A stretch of DNA of 64,000 nt from Octopus sinensis (Eukaryota): positions 64,046,001-64,110,000 of the forward strand of contig NC_043001.1 in assembly GCF_006345805.1 (NCBI RefSeq). The letters are read 5' to 3'. The translations under genes and the position numbers were made by a program. Below, one piece after another: positions 50,995 through 63,200 of this stretch; the stretch's first letter is position 1; each line of letters begins with the position of its first letter. The notes under the pieces are model-generated. The model made no database searches. It was given only the letters and a program-made list of their open reading frames with translations, and was not told where the DNA came from.

Positions 50995-52039
50995 TTTTCT
51001 CTGACTCATCACTGTACGATTTGTCGCTCTTTTGTTGTACAAAAGATCTGGCAGAGGGCTATGTACAGTCACCGGAAGTAACTTGCACGGACACCGGAAA
51101 TACATCTGTCATCACTAGAGAAAACAAAGCAACTACCCCTAGCGACTTGCCTGACCTTTCATTGGACAAAAGCTACCTACCTGCCATTCTATTGGACACT
51201 GGCTGAACATCACTGCTGATATTTTTGTATAAATAGACATCATAAATCGCTGTAAAGGCAGTTGGCTTTTTGGCACTCGACTGATGTAAATCGTGTCCCT
51301 CTCGCCTGCCACGCTCGCCACTCACGCCGCCTCGAACCTTTGTACTGCTATTTCACGCCTGAAATAAATCGCTGTATAAACTTGCACCTCTTGTCTGCTC
51401 GTCACTTCAGCTACTGCTTTCGTCTGTCCAGTTTTGCTGATTACGACCACAGCCCTTTTCAGGGCTAATTCAAGTCTGATCTGAATGCGATAACAGTCCT
51501 TTTTAGGACTACTCTCAGATCCGATCTAATTGCGATAACAGTCCTTTTTAGGACTATTCTTGGATCGGATCTAATTGCGTTAACCGTCCTTTTAAGGGCT
51601 ACCCTCAGATCAGACCAGAAGTAGTGGCCAAGAATCATACCCGCTACATATGTAACAATACAGTTATAAGTGCTACCAAAACTTACCAAATGTAGAAATA
51701 TATTAATGTACCCCAAAATTATATAAAACAACACACATGCACACACCTGCCTATTCTTCGTGTAAGTTTATGCTCGATATAACCGGCGTGGATATCCAGT
51801 CAAGTCGTGGGTCACCTTGGTAATTAAAATATATAACAATACAATTATAGGCGATTTTACATTTGTCACAATGATATGTACCACCAGGCTGCCACCAAGC
51901 TTATTCAATATAAGAAGGCTGCTTTTCCTGAGATGTATATTAAACAACACGCAGACGTTTGTGCTCGATATAAAGAGACGTAGATAGCCAACCAATTCGG
52001 GGGCCAACTTAGTATTTAAAATACCAACGGACAGAAAAA

Positions 52040-55000
52040 TGCTAGCACACAGAAGCACAGAAAAATATGTAATACACTAACACACAGAAAAATTAAAACG
52101 AAACACGTGGGTGAAAAGAATCTCGTAGTGTGCAGAATTAAATGTGAAAAATCAACATAGACAACAGCGGCACAGACAACAATGGACCACGACGCTGCGG
52201 CAAAGATACAAGTAGCAGCAACGATAGTGACAACGACGACGATGAAAATGACAACAGCCACAGTAACAACAGATACGGCAGAAGAAATAATAACAGTAAC
52301 AGCATCAACAAGAATGTGAACAACAATAGCTAAAATGAGAATGCTGTTAACAGTGGTAACTGTTGTAATAAAAACAAAATCTATGTGGAAAACAACAGCA
52401 ACAATAACATAATCACGACAACTCTATCTTTTTTGAGAGAAGTTCAGTGAACCGTGTATTCAGTGCAAGAATTGAAAAAAAAAACCCTCCAGTAGAAAAA
52501 GGATATTGTGAAACCAGATGTCATGTGCCTCAGCGTTTAGCAAAGATTTAGCAATAGAAAGAAAGAGATTAGGGGGAGAACTAGTTAGTAATCTAAAAGA
52601 GGCGATTAGTAAAGGCATCGCGACCGACAATCGGGTCTTCGGCGGCTGTTCGGCAACGGTAGTGGACTATAGTTCGTGCCTGACCGACCTACCGCAGCTT
52701 TCAGCAACCGACGAGAGGTTCCGCAAAAAGCCGAAACAGACCATTGAAATAAGGTGGGAAGAAGCAAATCGCTCGGTTTTGGTAGTCTGCCCTATGAATC
52801 CTGTGTTCATACCAGATTGGTTTGACGGCTTCTTGGTAGACGCTGTAGCATACTCTTAGTGAAATTCATCCTCTCTCTCCCTCTCTCTCTGACATATATA
52901 ACATAAATACGACGTAGCAGATAACAGCTAACCTTCGGCCGCTTGGGCCCTGTTGTGTCCACTACTCTGATTGATTGGTATTGGCGTGATTTGTTTCTTG
53001 CTGTATTACGCGCCAACCAATCGCAACCTTCTGATAAGGTCCCGTGATAGTCTTCTAAATTCTCTTCTGGAGTCGCCTAGTTTGCTATAAAACACAGCGA
53101 TTCATCGAATCGAGCATCTTTGGTCCTCACCACTGACCACAGAGCACCCAGTGACAGACAATACCAACACCAGCAGTATTTCAGGACCTCCACCTTCGTC
53201 ACCTTCATCTCAACGTCGCCTTCATTTTAACGTCGCCTTAATCTTATCGACGCCAACAACATCTCTACGCACACAGCACCATTCGCTTTGGTTTAATTTC
53301 ACGCTGTTTGTGAATACTTCACCATGGTTAACAGCAAGTTCAACAACGTTCTACAACGTCTACAATAATTAGCAGCAGAACGGGAGAATTACTAGTGTTG
53401 TTAGCCGGAGTGTGGTAACGCGGTTGATGAAGGACGCCAACAATCGGAGCGTGCTGGGGAGTTTTTGGCCCATAATTCTGCTAAACACAGATTTTAAGAT
53501 TTTGGCCAAGGTGATAGCGAAAAGGTTGTGGCCAAAGATTTAGCCAAGGTGTTAGTGAAAAGTGGGACACATGAGGGCAGTGTCGGTGTACACGGACGAC
53601 GCCATGGTGATGGTGTCGGTAGCCTCCGAAGTGAAGACGGGTGGCTCCATTCTAAAGGAATATGAGTCAGTTGCAGCGACAAAATCAACACTGACAAGTC
53701 GGTGGGCTTGCAACGTGGCACATGGAGAGGTAGGTCGATGCCGTCAGACATCGTCAGACGCTGGAATGATGCACCAGTTAAGCTGCTCGGAGCCTGGTTT
53801 GCTCCCGACTTCCAGGTGGATAAGAACTGGAACGAGGTGACGAATAGAGTGACCCAGAAATGGGCTGAAGAAACTGTCCTTGAAAGGTCAGGTAGAGGCG
53901 ACGAATGCCTACATCGCCTCCGTTATCATTTATTGCCTGTCTGTCGTGCCTTGCCATAGTCCCTATTTGACCAGTTGGAGAATCGCTTGTTTATTTTCTT
54001 GTGGAAGGGATGCATTCCAATGGTTAGGTGGTCAGTCTGCTGCCAGCACTCTCTGTGACTTAGGCATTCCGTGGTTTCTGATGCGTAGACACGCACTCAG
54101 GTTGTGCCACCTACAATGATTACTGGACGGTGGACATGTGTGGGTTCCGTTCGTGAGGCACGTCTTTCTGCAGATCATCTCTTTGGTGGAGCTGTAGTCT
54201 TGGGTGAAGAATAGACCGAAACTAAGTGCCTCGCACCTAGAATGTCGTCAGGCAATAGGATCGGTGGATGTTCCACTTTAACGATATATACTGGATTAAT
54301 GACGGGGAAGTGTGACGAAGTCCTTAGGGAGATCCTGAGCGTCGATGAAAACGAATTGGCTAAACTGTTCCGAAGGTCTTTCCGGTCAGGGACTACTATG
54401 AATAATTTCCTGGTGTCCTTGGCCTGGCAATGCTATCATGGTGAGTTCGAGGTGCGCTCAGAGCAACGAAACCGTTCTTGCATGCACTCGTTCAGTGTCT
54501 GGGCATTACTTGTAGAGTTATGTCGAACAGCTGTGGGATAGATCCGTTTGCCGGTGGAGTCCATTATGTTGATTGCCCCGCCGCCTTTCTTTAATTGGGC
54601 AGGTACGGTAGTTTTCCTTTGCCTTGTGGCTGGTGGACGAGGTTGAAAGATATGAGAACAGAGACATTCTTCTTTGGTAGAACTGTCTTCGGCTTTTTCA
54701 AGTTTCACTTGAAAAGGAAAGTGAGGATAGAGAGGAAGGTGTTGTACTCGAGTGATTTTATTGAAAGGTGGTTGACAGTTGCGAAAATGGCAAAAGTGGA
54801 TGGTACCGCTGTAAGTGTAGACCTGTGAATTGGAGAAAAGGAATTGGAGAGGGCACTTGTCTTTGGTGTTCGGGAAGATCTTGGACTGTGGGGTTCCTCG
54901 ATTATCCCTAGAGATCCTCAGGCGGATCACATCACTATCATCCTTTACTCCTTCTTTTCTTTTACTGTTGTATACTATGTATACTTACTCTTTTTAGTTT

Positions 55001-55137
55001 TATTGTATACTGTATATAATTTTCTTTCTTCCTTTTCTTCTTTCTAAACTATTTCATTATATGTAAATCCTCACACTTTATGTCTGTCTTTGTAATTTCC
55101 CCCGCATCCTTCACCCTGGTAGTAAATAAAATAAACC
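52040..55137 (+). mobile_element. L1/Tx1-like LINE 3, with internal deletions and a retained 3' end
   Basis: Low-complexity ORF1-like start. ORF2 remnants match LINE 1 (FSKDLAIERKRL, QQNGRI, ILAKV, YTDD, VKLLGAWF, WWTRLK, FFKFHLKRKVRIERK), and AATAAA lies at the 3' end. Confidence 0.8.
52844..53355 (+). mobile_element. Shortened family A solo LTR inserted in LINE 3 ORF2
   Basis: TGTAG...CTACA termini and TSD ACGC/ACGT. Removing it restores FLVDVYNN*QQNGRI. Confidence 0.8.
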
Positions 55138-55139
55138 AT

Positions 55140-56930
55140 TATTATTATTCAGTAGTCTTATTTTTATCATGTGCTTTCACTACACTACCGAGCACATTCC
55201 GTATGCCTTGGGTACGTGCTGTGGTTTGTTTCTGTTGTTATTTTCACTGTATTGAAAGTGTTTTATGTGTGCGGTGCCTAGAAGTGCTATTTTCTGTATG
55301 TTATATATATTCGTAAGTCCTATTGTTTTGATTATGTATTTGTCTGAATATTTTAAAATCATACCTAATGCACTTATTATAGGGATTGTTTCTGTTTTTA
55401 GGCTTTGCATTTGAGTTATCTCTATTTCCAGTACTTTGTATTTTAAGTTCCTCTGTTTCTTTTAAAGGTACATTGTCATTTGTTAGGATTGATACATCGA
55501 TTAGCAGGCACTTTTTCTTGGTGACCTCTGACAACTGTATCTAGTATATTAGCCTTGATCTCTATCTGTGTGTATTGGGCATATCCCAGAATATGCTTGC
55601 TTTGTCATTTTCTGAGACTTTTTCTGGGATATGCTTATACCATCTTTTTTCTGTTGTCATTCCATAGTGCTGGCATAGCTTCCAGTGTATATGTATACCT
55701 TCTTAGCCAGGACTGGACAGCAAGAGAAAATATATTGTTTCTTCCCTATCACAACATATTCTGCAATTACTTATTGTATTTTTCTTCTTTATGTATTTCT
55801 GGCTTTGATCTTGTACCGCAATTAAAAATGTTTCACTCTCTGCTTCGAGTCCTGAGCTTCTCAACCATTGCTGGGATTTTACTTCGTTTATTTCTTTTCT
55901 GATTAGCTTATCCCAGTATTTGTCATGTAAGGGCTTTTCTAGCCATCGTTTTATTACGGTAATTTGTTCCAGTTTCAATTGCTTTAGCGCTTTTGTTGTT
56001 TTCTCTTTTTCTTCATTGTCGTTAGGCACTCCCGCATCTTTTTTTTTTCAGCTCATTAAAGACACAAAGCAGTTTTTTGCTTTGCTCATGTTTTGTGGCT
56101 ATATGTACCAGTTTTCCTTGGTTCTGAGTTAGATATTTCTACAATCCTGTATTGGTTATTTTATAGTAGTTTTGCAGTTGTATAAGGCCTCTCTACCACC
56201 TTCAATTTATTGTATATATAATATTTCAATGTCGGATTTTGGGTGGTGTATTCTAAATTCCATCACCTTGTTTACCTGTCTAATTTGGTTAGTTCATTTC
56301 GTGTCCAATTAAGAATATTCTAACTGCAACTGGGACAGCTAGAGTATTGATACTTATTATCTTGATTTTCGCATTGAGCTGTTTTAAGTATTAATCTAAC
56401 TCTTCTATAGTATTCCCCCCTTATCTTCTTTTTCATTTATATGTGTTGTAACGTATTTAGTTCATTTATTCCTGAAGTATTTTTATGTCTGGGTCTGATC
56501 TAATTCTCTTATTTCATTTTCTTTATCTAGTGTGGTATTGTTACTCTTAATTAGTTTTCCTCTTTACAAGTTTACTTTGGCACATTTTTCTAAGCTGAAT
56601 TTCATATTTATTTCATTGCTTTATTGCAGGTTCTATGTGGTCTGCTAACATTTGCATACCCATGCTTCGGTTTCCAGAGAAGAAAGTCACTGATGATCTC
56701 ATCATTTGCTCCCCAGCAATGTCCATCGAATCTTTACCTTCCTTTGATGACACGTAATATTGGTGGTAAATACCATATAGAAGTCCTTTCGTAGGGTGTT
56801 GTGTTCAGAGCAGCACGAAACATTCTTGTATAAGTTTCATCAATTTTCTTCTCAAGATGCTTTGTTAAAGTCCTGTAACGAAGTCAACCTCAAAACCTAA
56901 CCTTTTGAAACGTAAAGAGTAGATAACCTC
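55140..56930 (-). mobile_element. R4/Dong-like RLE non-LTR retrotransposon, 3' part with (TAA)n tail
   Basis: MKFSLEKCAK, WLRSSGLEAESETFLIAVQDQ, CRICCDREETI, CLLIDVSI, ISALG and IQKIALLGTAHI. Confidence 0.82.
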
Positions 56931-57249
56931 TTAATCCACAGTTCAGTAATGTACTAATGATTCTTTCACTGTAATAACTCGATGGTTGAGGTGTGGAAAT
57001 AATCCTGACAGTCATCATTAAAATGTCTTGGAGATGTTATTTTAATTTTAAACGAATCAAAAATTTATTATAATCGGTAATTTTCCTTAAATTACCAAAA
57101 TGGAAAAGTTCACTTTTGAAGCCTTTAGTGTTTAGCAACCGAACTTAAGTGTTTGGTAAAAACTGATGTTTCTATGTTTAGAATGAACAACGCCTCAAAA
57201 GTTGCCCCGCCCACCAAACAAAGTTGTAAATAAATTCTTTCGATTCTTT

Positions 57250-57630
57250 TATACTTTTACTACTTTTATACTTTTGCTCCGTCTTTAATGGTTTTAGTCG
57301 ATCATATTGACCTCCGTACATATTTTAGTGATCTCTATTCATCGAATGGCTAGGTTAGTGTTTTAGTCAAAATGATGTTACATGCACACATACACATACG
57401 TATGCATACACACACCTTCACACACGCGCACACACATGTATATTATGAAGGCTTCTGCGTAGTTTCTGTTTACTAACTTTCACTTTCAAAGTATTAGCCA
57501 GTCTAACTCTCACTTTCAAAGTATTAGTCAGTCTGAAGCTACAGTATAAGGCACTTGTCCAAGAGACTACGCAATGGAATCGAACCTGGACCCATGTGAT
57601 TGCGAAGTGAACTTTTTAACCATGCAACTA
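57250..57630 (-). mobile_element. Old, diverged SINE family 1 copy
   Basis: Degenerate matches to the tail (57250-57350) and head (57550-57630), with a small internal tandem duplication. Confidence 0.55.
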
Positions 57631-57849
57631 TTTCTGTACCTAGTGTGTGAATATAGTGTACTTTTAATCAGCAAATTATTATGTTTATATTTATTTGTTT
57701 ATCTTTCAGAATTTGATTCCATGCCACTTGCTAAAAAGTTTTGAAGAATAACAATTTCAAGAGGACCTGTGTTACATAAATGTATTATTAAAGAGAAAAA
57801 AGAAACCAGCTAACAATATTTCTTTTTCATTCCGGAAATTTAGTGGTCG

Positions 57850-58710
57850 TAGAGTGAATAACATTGGGAAGTTTGGCGGCAAACGACGACTAAGTGAAGT
57901 AGTCTTGCGTATTTAGGAAGTGATATATACGTACATACATTAGAGCTTTTAGCATTATTAATTAGGATGTTTTAATAGGTCAATTAGATGGGGAAATGGA
58001 AGTACCCATTACCCTTTGTAGGTTATCCATAACTCGTGGGAGGAATAAGGATTAAATGGCAGACCTAACCTGAAATATTTTCAATACAGAGGATTACACT
58101 AAAGACATTGAAGGGTTAAACCGAGTGTGATGATAAGTCGACCACCTGACCTTTAAGCCATTAAATTTGACCGAGAGAGAAAGACTAAGATTCACAAAAT
58201 ATAATTTCTTGAGACAGAAATATTGTGATGAAACGAACAAAACTTTCAAATTGTTTAAACATGAAAATCACTGACAGCGAAAAATCCCACTAAAAATAGG
58301 ATACTTTTAGAAACTGAGAATAAAATATAACCCTCATATGGAAGTGAGGGAGCAAAGAAGGGAAATCGGGGCCGTAGAAAGCATAAAAACGAACCTTAAA
58401 GTTTTCTACAAATTAGCAAAAAAAAAAAAATCAGCTTCAGGGCTTCAGAACATAAGGAAATCACACACTGTCAGTAGATTCTGCACCATAAACAATTGAA
58501 AAGTGTTTTCATTACCTTCTGTAAATAAATAAACCAGATAAATTATTTTTTATCTCTGCAGCATTGAATCGGGAAGTGGCAACCATCGATTTTAGGGATG
58601 TAAAAAGGAAGGTATATAAAGAAAAATCAGCTTCAGATAAAACGCACCTAAACCCAGCAACAGGTCCTGATAGATTTTCGGTAATTGTCTTATGAATATA
58701 CAAATACGTC
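57850..58710 (+). mobile_element. Highly decayed CR1-like ORF2 fragment
   Basis: TRGRN...NTEDYTKDIE...VDH, IKTNLKVFYKLAKKK, QLKSVF and ATGPDRF resemble the CR1 endonuclease and tether region. Confidence 0.45.
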
Positions 58711-58972
58711 TATAAAAAAAGTATCTGTCTCGCACAATATGTCCGCCATTTTGTTTGCTGAGATCAGCGGCTGAGTGTTACTAAAAAGCAGAATGCTTTT
58801 CGATAGCACTCTACTCCCTTACTCGAGAGTAGCGGCAAATTTGCTTCTTTTCTTTTCTTTTCGAAAAAGACCCCAGGAACGCAATCTCGCTTTATGATAT
58901 GAAAATCAATAGGAAAATTGATTTCACATTACGGAACATTACGGAGCCAAAGCTGTGTGGAATTTTCAGAAT

Positions 58973-59462
58973 ATTTATAAAGAAGAAGTTAGTCTTACAG
59001 CTGTTTCTGGGAGTTTAGGGATATTCCTTCATCAGAAACGATACGAGATGGTTAAATAGAGGGAAATATTTGAGTTCAACATAGGATCGAAGGTTGTATG
59101 TATTGGTGTTATCGATCCGATTGTTACGGTTGTCGTGGAAGAAGGCTTTCCATCGCATTCTTCGGATGAGGTCCTTAGTTTTCGTTGGATCTCTCTTAAG
59201 GACCTACCCATTCCTTAACAAAAGACCTTCCTCTTACTCCTACTCAACAAAACTAAGGAGCTCGTCCGAAGAATGCGGTGGAAAGCCTTCTTCCACGACA
59301 ACCGTAACAACCGGACCGATCATAACACCAATACAGACAACCTTCAATCGCATATTGAACTCTAATATTTTCCCTCTATTTAACCATCTCACATCATCTC
59401 TGATGAAAGGATATCCCTAATATCCCAGAAACAGCTGTAAAACTAACTTTCTCTTTATAAAT
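58973..59462 (+). mobile_element. Naiad-like Penelope element ORF start with an inverted duplication
   Basis: SLKDLPIP...LLNKTKELVRRMRWKAFFH matches the recalled Naiad-type N-terminus. Arms 58973-59187 and 59245-59462 are inverted homologues. Confidence 0.75.
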
Positions 59463-59507
59463 GTCCTGAAAATTCCACACAGCCTTGGCTTTGTTGTCTC
59501 ATTTTAT

Positions 59508-59617
59508 TCAACCACATGGTTCCGGGTTCAGTCCCACTTGGGCAAGTGTCTTCTACTATTGCCTCGGGCCGACCAAAGCCTTGGGAGTGGATTTGGTAGA
59601 AACTGAAAAGAAGCCCG

Positions 59618-59685
<68 letters not shown>

Positions 59686-59898
59686 ATATGTTTGTGTCTG
59701 TGTTTGTCCCCCCAACATCGCTTGACAACCGATGGTCGTGTGTTTACGTCCCAGTAACTTAGCGATTCGGCAAAAGAGACTGATAGAATAAGTACTAGGC
59801 TTACAAAAAATAATCCTGGGGTCGATTTGATCGACTAAAAGCGGTGCTCCAGCATCGCCGCAGTCAAATGGCTGAAACAAGTAAAAGAGTAAAGAGAG
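59508..59898 (+). mobile_element. SINE family 1
   Basis: Colinear with 1834-2220. Confidence 0.85.
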
Positions 59899-60033
59899 TA
59901 TGCTCATACAAGACCCACATTAGACTCCTCACTCATATCATTATCGAACTGAGAGTTTAACTACGGTCCTTCCATAGTACTTACATAGCGTTAACTGCTA
60001 CCTTGGGCCTTCTGGATACCAATACCTCTCATA

Positions 60034-60084
<51 letters not shown>

Positions 60085-60088
<4 letters not shown>

Positions 60089-60240
60089 TTGTAAGTCCTT
60101 GTGTTTGCCTTCCACCACCGACTGGCAACCGGTGTTAACAAGAGATCAATAGAAGTACCAGGCTAAAAAACAAAGCACAGGGGTCGATTTGTTCGACTGA
60201 ATCCTTTAAGGCGGTGCCCCACTATGACTGAAACAAGTGA
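60085..60240 (+). mobile_element. SINE family 1, diverged 3' fragment
   Basis: GGGGTCGATTTGTTCGACT...AAGGCGGTGC...GACTGAAACAAGT. Confidence 0.6.
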
Positions 60241-60294
60241 TATATATATATCAGTGGTATGCGATGATTTTTGAGGTTGGTCATGCAATAAATA

Positions 60295-60700
60295 TGAGGG
60301 GCAGCTGAAAAGTTTATTGGCTGACCAAAATACTCTCATGGAATGAGGTTTATTTTTCAACATAGTCCCTACTTACGTTCCACACACCTATTGCAGATAC
60401 TTTCACCTGTTGGTGAAAAAAAGTCATTAACTGCAGATATGACATCATCACTGCGATACTGGTTCTCAGCCAAGTGTTTTTCATGTTGGCGAACTGATGA
60501 TACTCAGATGGGGCCAAGTCAGGAGATTATGGAGGGTGATCAACAAATTCAAAGCTACAGTCACGCACAGCAGCTGTTGAAACCAAGGACATGTGTGTTG
60601 GAGCATTGTCCTTGCGAAAGAAGACCCCTTTCGTCAGTTTTTCTTGACGTTTCTTAATTGCCGCAGCAATCCTAAAGCAATTTTCGTCATATTAACTGAT
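60295..60700 (-). mobile_element. Mariner transposon 3' fragment
   Basis: TA followed by a TGAGGGGCAGCTGAAAAGTT end. Minus-strand KLTKGVFFRKDNAP...HPP*SPDLAPSEY is the DD34D region. Confidence 0.8.
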
Positions 60701-61110
60701 TAAATGTAAGAGTTTTTTATAATTTCCGCGATTATTGAATTCTTTACATTCAAAATGACCCTGAAATGATAATTTCTGGCGACCGAGAAAAATAACTGCA
60801 TCAATCACCCTACAATGGTTCTATTTCGTCAAACTTCTTCGTTATGCTGTTGTATGCTCTGTTTTTATACTCATCCAATTGCAAGTCTATCCGAACATTC
60901 CCAAATGTTTTAAGATTTATGTCAAGTCTTTGAGAATATTCATGTTTTAGCATGGCCATATGTAGATCATTTAAATCATTGTATCCTTTATCACTCCAAA
61001 CAGTTTTTTTTTCTAAACTAAATAACAATCATGGCCACTAGAATAACTTATTTAGTATAGCATTTGCATTTCACCAATTTTATTTTTCATATAAATCTGT
61101 CTAAATTTGA
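60700..61110 (-). pseudogene. hAT transposase N-terminal fragment (ZMYM1-like/DUF4371 type)
   Basis: LLFSLEKKTVWSDKGYNDL...KHEYS, QHNEEV*RNR and DAVIFLGRQKLSFQGH...NRGNYKKLL. Confidence 0.6.
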
Positions 61111-61461
61111 GCTCAAATCATTTGCTGCGTCTAAAAACTCACACACACACGTCTTATTCATCCTTCTCTCTCTTCTGTCTTCTGCATGTGCTAGAAATAA
61201 CAGCTATATCTCTTAAATCGATGAATTTCGTCGCCCAATAAAAATATTAACGATATTTTTTGAATATCTTCTTTATTTTTTTTTTACCGAAAAGGCTTCT
61301 CCCATGGTTTTGAAGGGCCAGAAACAACAAAAACAAAACAATAATATGCCTAAAGCGTCTAGAGTTTGCGCGTGGAGTGTGAGTCGTATTGCGAAATATT
61401 TTTTCATAAAAGGATGTCCCAGCTTGTCGGAAGCTGTGATATAAATTGGGAAAAAAATCCT

Positions 61462-61513
61462 CGACACCAGTCCATAATTGGTACTTAATTTATCGACCCC
61501 GAAACGATGAAAC
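61462..61513 (-). mobile_element. SINE family 2 central-domain fragment
   Basis: Minus strand TTTCATCGTTTCGGGGTCGATAAATTAAGTACCA. Confidence 0.55.
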
Positions 61514-61849
61514 ATTAACCCCCCCCCTTCTGGTTTATTTACCTTTTGTGTAAATTTGTTGCGGCAAGGGGCAACTCACGAACGTGTATGTATGCGTGTG
61601 TGCGTATGTGTGTGTACGCTTATATATTAATTACTATGTGCTTGTGCAAATGTATATGCATGTGTTTGAGAGAGAGAGAAAGAGAGAGAGTGACAGAGTG
61701 TGTGTATGTGTGTATGTGTGTGTGTGTGCAAGTGTACGTGTGTATGTATCTGAATATGTGTGTGTGTGTGTGTGTGTATGCGGCATGCGTCTGCTATGTT
61801 TCTTTATCAATATCGATAACGCAGCAAATGATTTGAGCTCAAATGCTCG

Positions 61850-63200
61850 GATTTCATTGGTTAAAATTCGAAGTTATCTGCTAATGTTGACATTTTCAAT
61901 GATAACGCTGAATCTTATAACTCTGCCTTACTTAAAGCAGGCTATACAGAGAAAATTTTCTACATTGATTCTATTCAGTCTTATTCTAACTTCAATAATG
62001 TAGGTATGAAATCTAGTTGTAAAGGAATTATCGATAACAAGCTTAATTTATGCACCGATACAAAGCGGAGGAAGGGAGATAACTCTTATTTAATCCCCTA
62101 TTATCATTCTAAAAATAAATGTAAGTCTTTCAAAAATAATTACTCTAAAAATAAGATAAATAGTAGTAAAAATATTTGGTTCATTCTTCCATACGGGAAG
62201 TATGCTTTAAGTAAATCTAATCTCCCATTGCAATTTTGTCAAGCTATTTTTAGGAATTTTCCAAAGAATTCTAGGTATCAATTCTAGGTATCAATTCTAT
62301 TATCAATTCACATACGGTTAGGATTGATTTTTTCCAACACAAAAAATCTCTTACAAATTATCTCTTCACATAATAACAACCTGTTAAATATTAATACATT
62401 TACTAATACTAACATTAATTTAGCTAATACCATCTATCCCTCTAGAAATATTGATAACAAGGTTATTGTATCTGAAGTCAATTCCAACAGAATTAAGTTT
62501 ATGTCAAGTAGCTCTAAAATTAAAAACTCTATATACCAGTGTATAATCAGTACTCGTAATAAAGTACGATTTTACATTGGAAGCACGTCGTTACAGTTAT
62601 CTAAAAGAATTTCTATCCATTACTCAACATTTAGGGATAGGAATAAACGTAACAGTACAGGGCTCAGTAAATTAATTTGGGATCTAAAAGACCACAATGA
62701 ACAATTTAATTTAGAATGGTTGATTCTCTCAATCGCCATACCTTATGACAAAGGCGAGAAATTCTGTCTTTTCTGTAATTCTGAACTATTTTTCATTATT
62801 TTTTCTAAAAATCCCCTAGTAAACACGGTTATAGAGCGTGCATACCGATGTAAACATTGGCAAGAACACACCTTTAGTTCATATAAGTAATCTCTATCAT
62901 TATATATAATTTAAGCATTAATTTCCTTTTATATTTAACATTCACTAAAAAAATATCCTTCCTCTTTCTATAGGCTAATTCTGACGTTATATCATATAAC
63001 GTTTTTTCAAACAATATTAATAGCGTTCAGTAAATCACTATACATATCCATCATTTTCTGTTAAAATGTCTTATTGACGAGTTTCATTTCTTCACTTCCC
63101 TGAAGAGAAGATTACATTGTTTTACAGCATTTATTCCTTTGGAATAATATCAGTGAAATCTTTGAAACATGTGTCGGAAGTAAAAGTATTTGAATTATAC
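61850..63200 (+). mobile_element. Naiad-like Penelope element 3' part (RT thumb, GIY-YIG, pLTR with hammerhead)
   Basis: YNSALLKAGYTEKI, KNIWFILPY, NLLQIISSHN, SIYQC...FYIGST and WLILSIAIPY...CLFCNSE...LVN...RCKH, followed by a hammerhead ribozyme. Confidence 0.85.
63094..63181 (+). ncRNA. Type I hammerhead ribozyme with extended stem II
   Basis: Stem I ACTTCC/GGAAGT, core CTGAAGA (63100-63106), stem II GAAGATT/AATCTTT with an inner TTATTCC/GGAATAA hairpin, GAAA (63164-63167), AC-ATGT-GT mini stem III, and predicted cleavage after C63175. Confidence 0.85.

Noticed and set aside
57695-57760. Splice acceptor TTTATCTTTCAG and a putative exon
   Set aside because: All frames close within a few codons and no good donor was found.
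62890-63093. SECIS element or selenoprotein Naiad
   Set aside because: There is no in-frame TGA in the 62324-62890 ORF and no convincing SECIS fold. The ACGTTATA/TATAACGT hairpin at ~62985 lacks the SECIS core.
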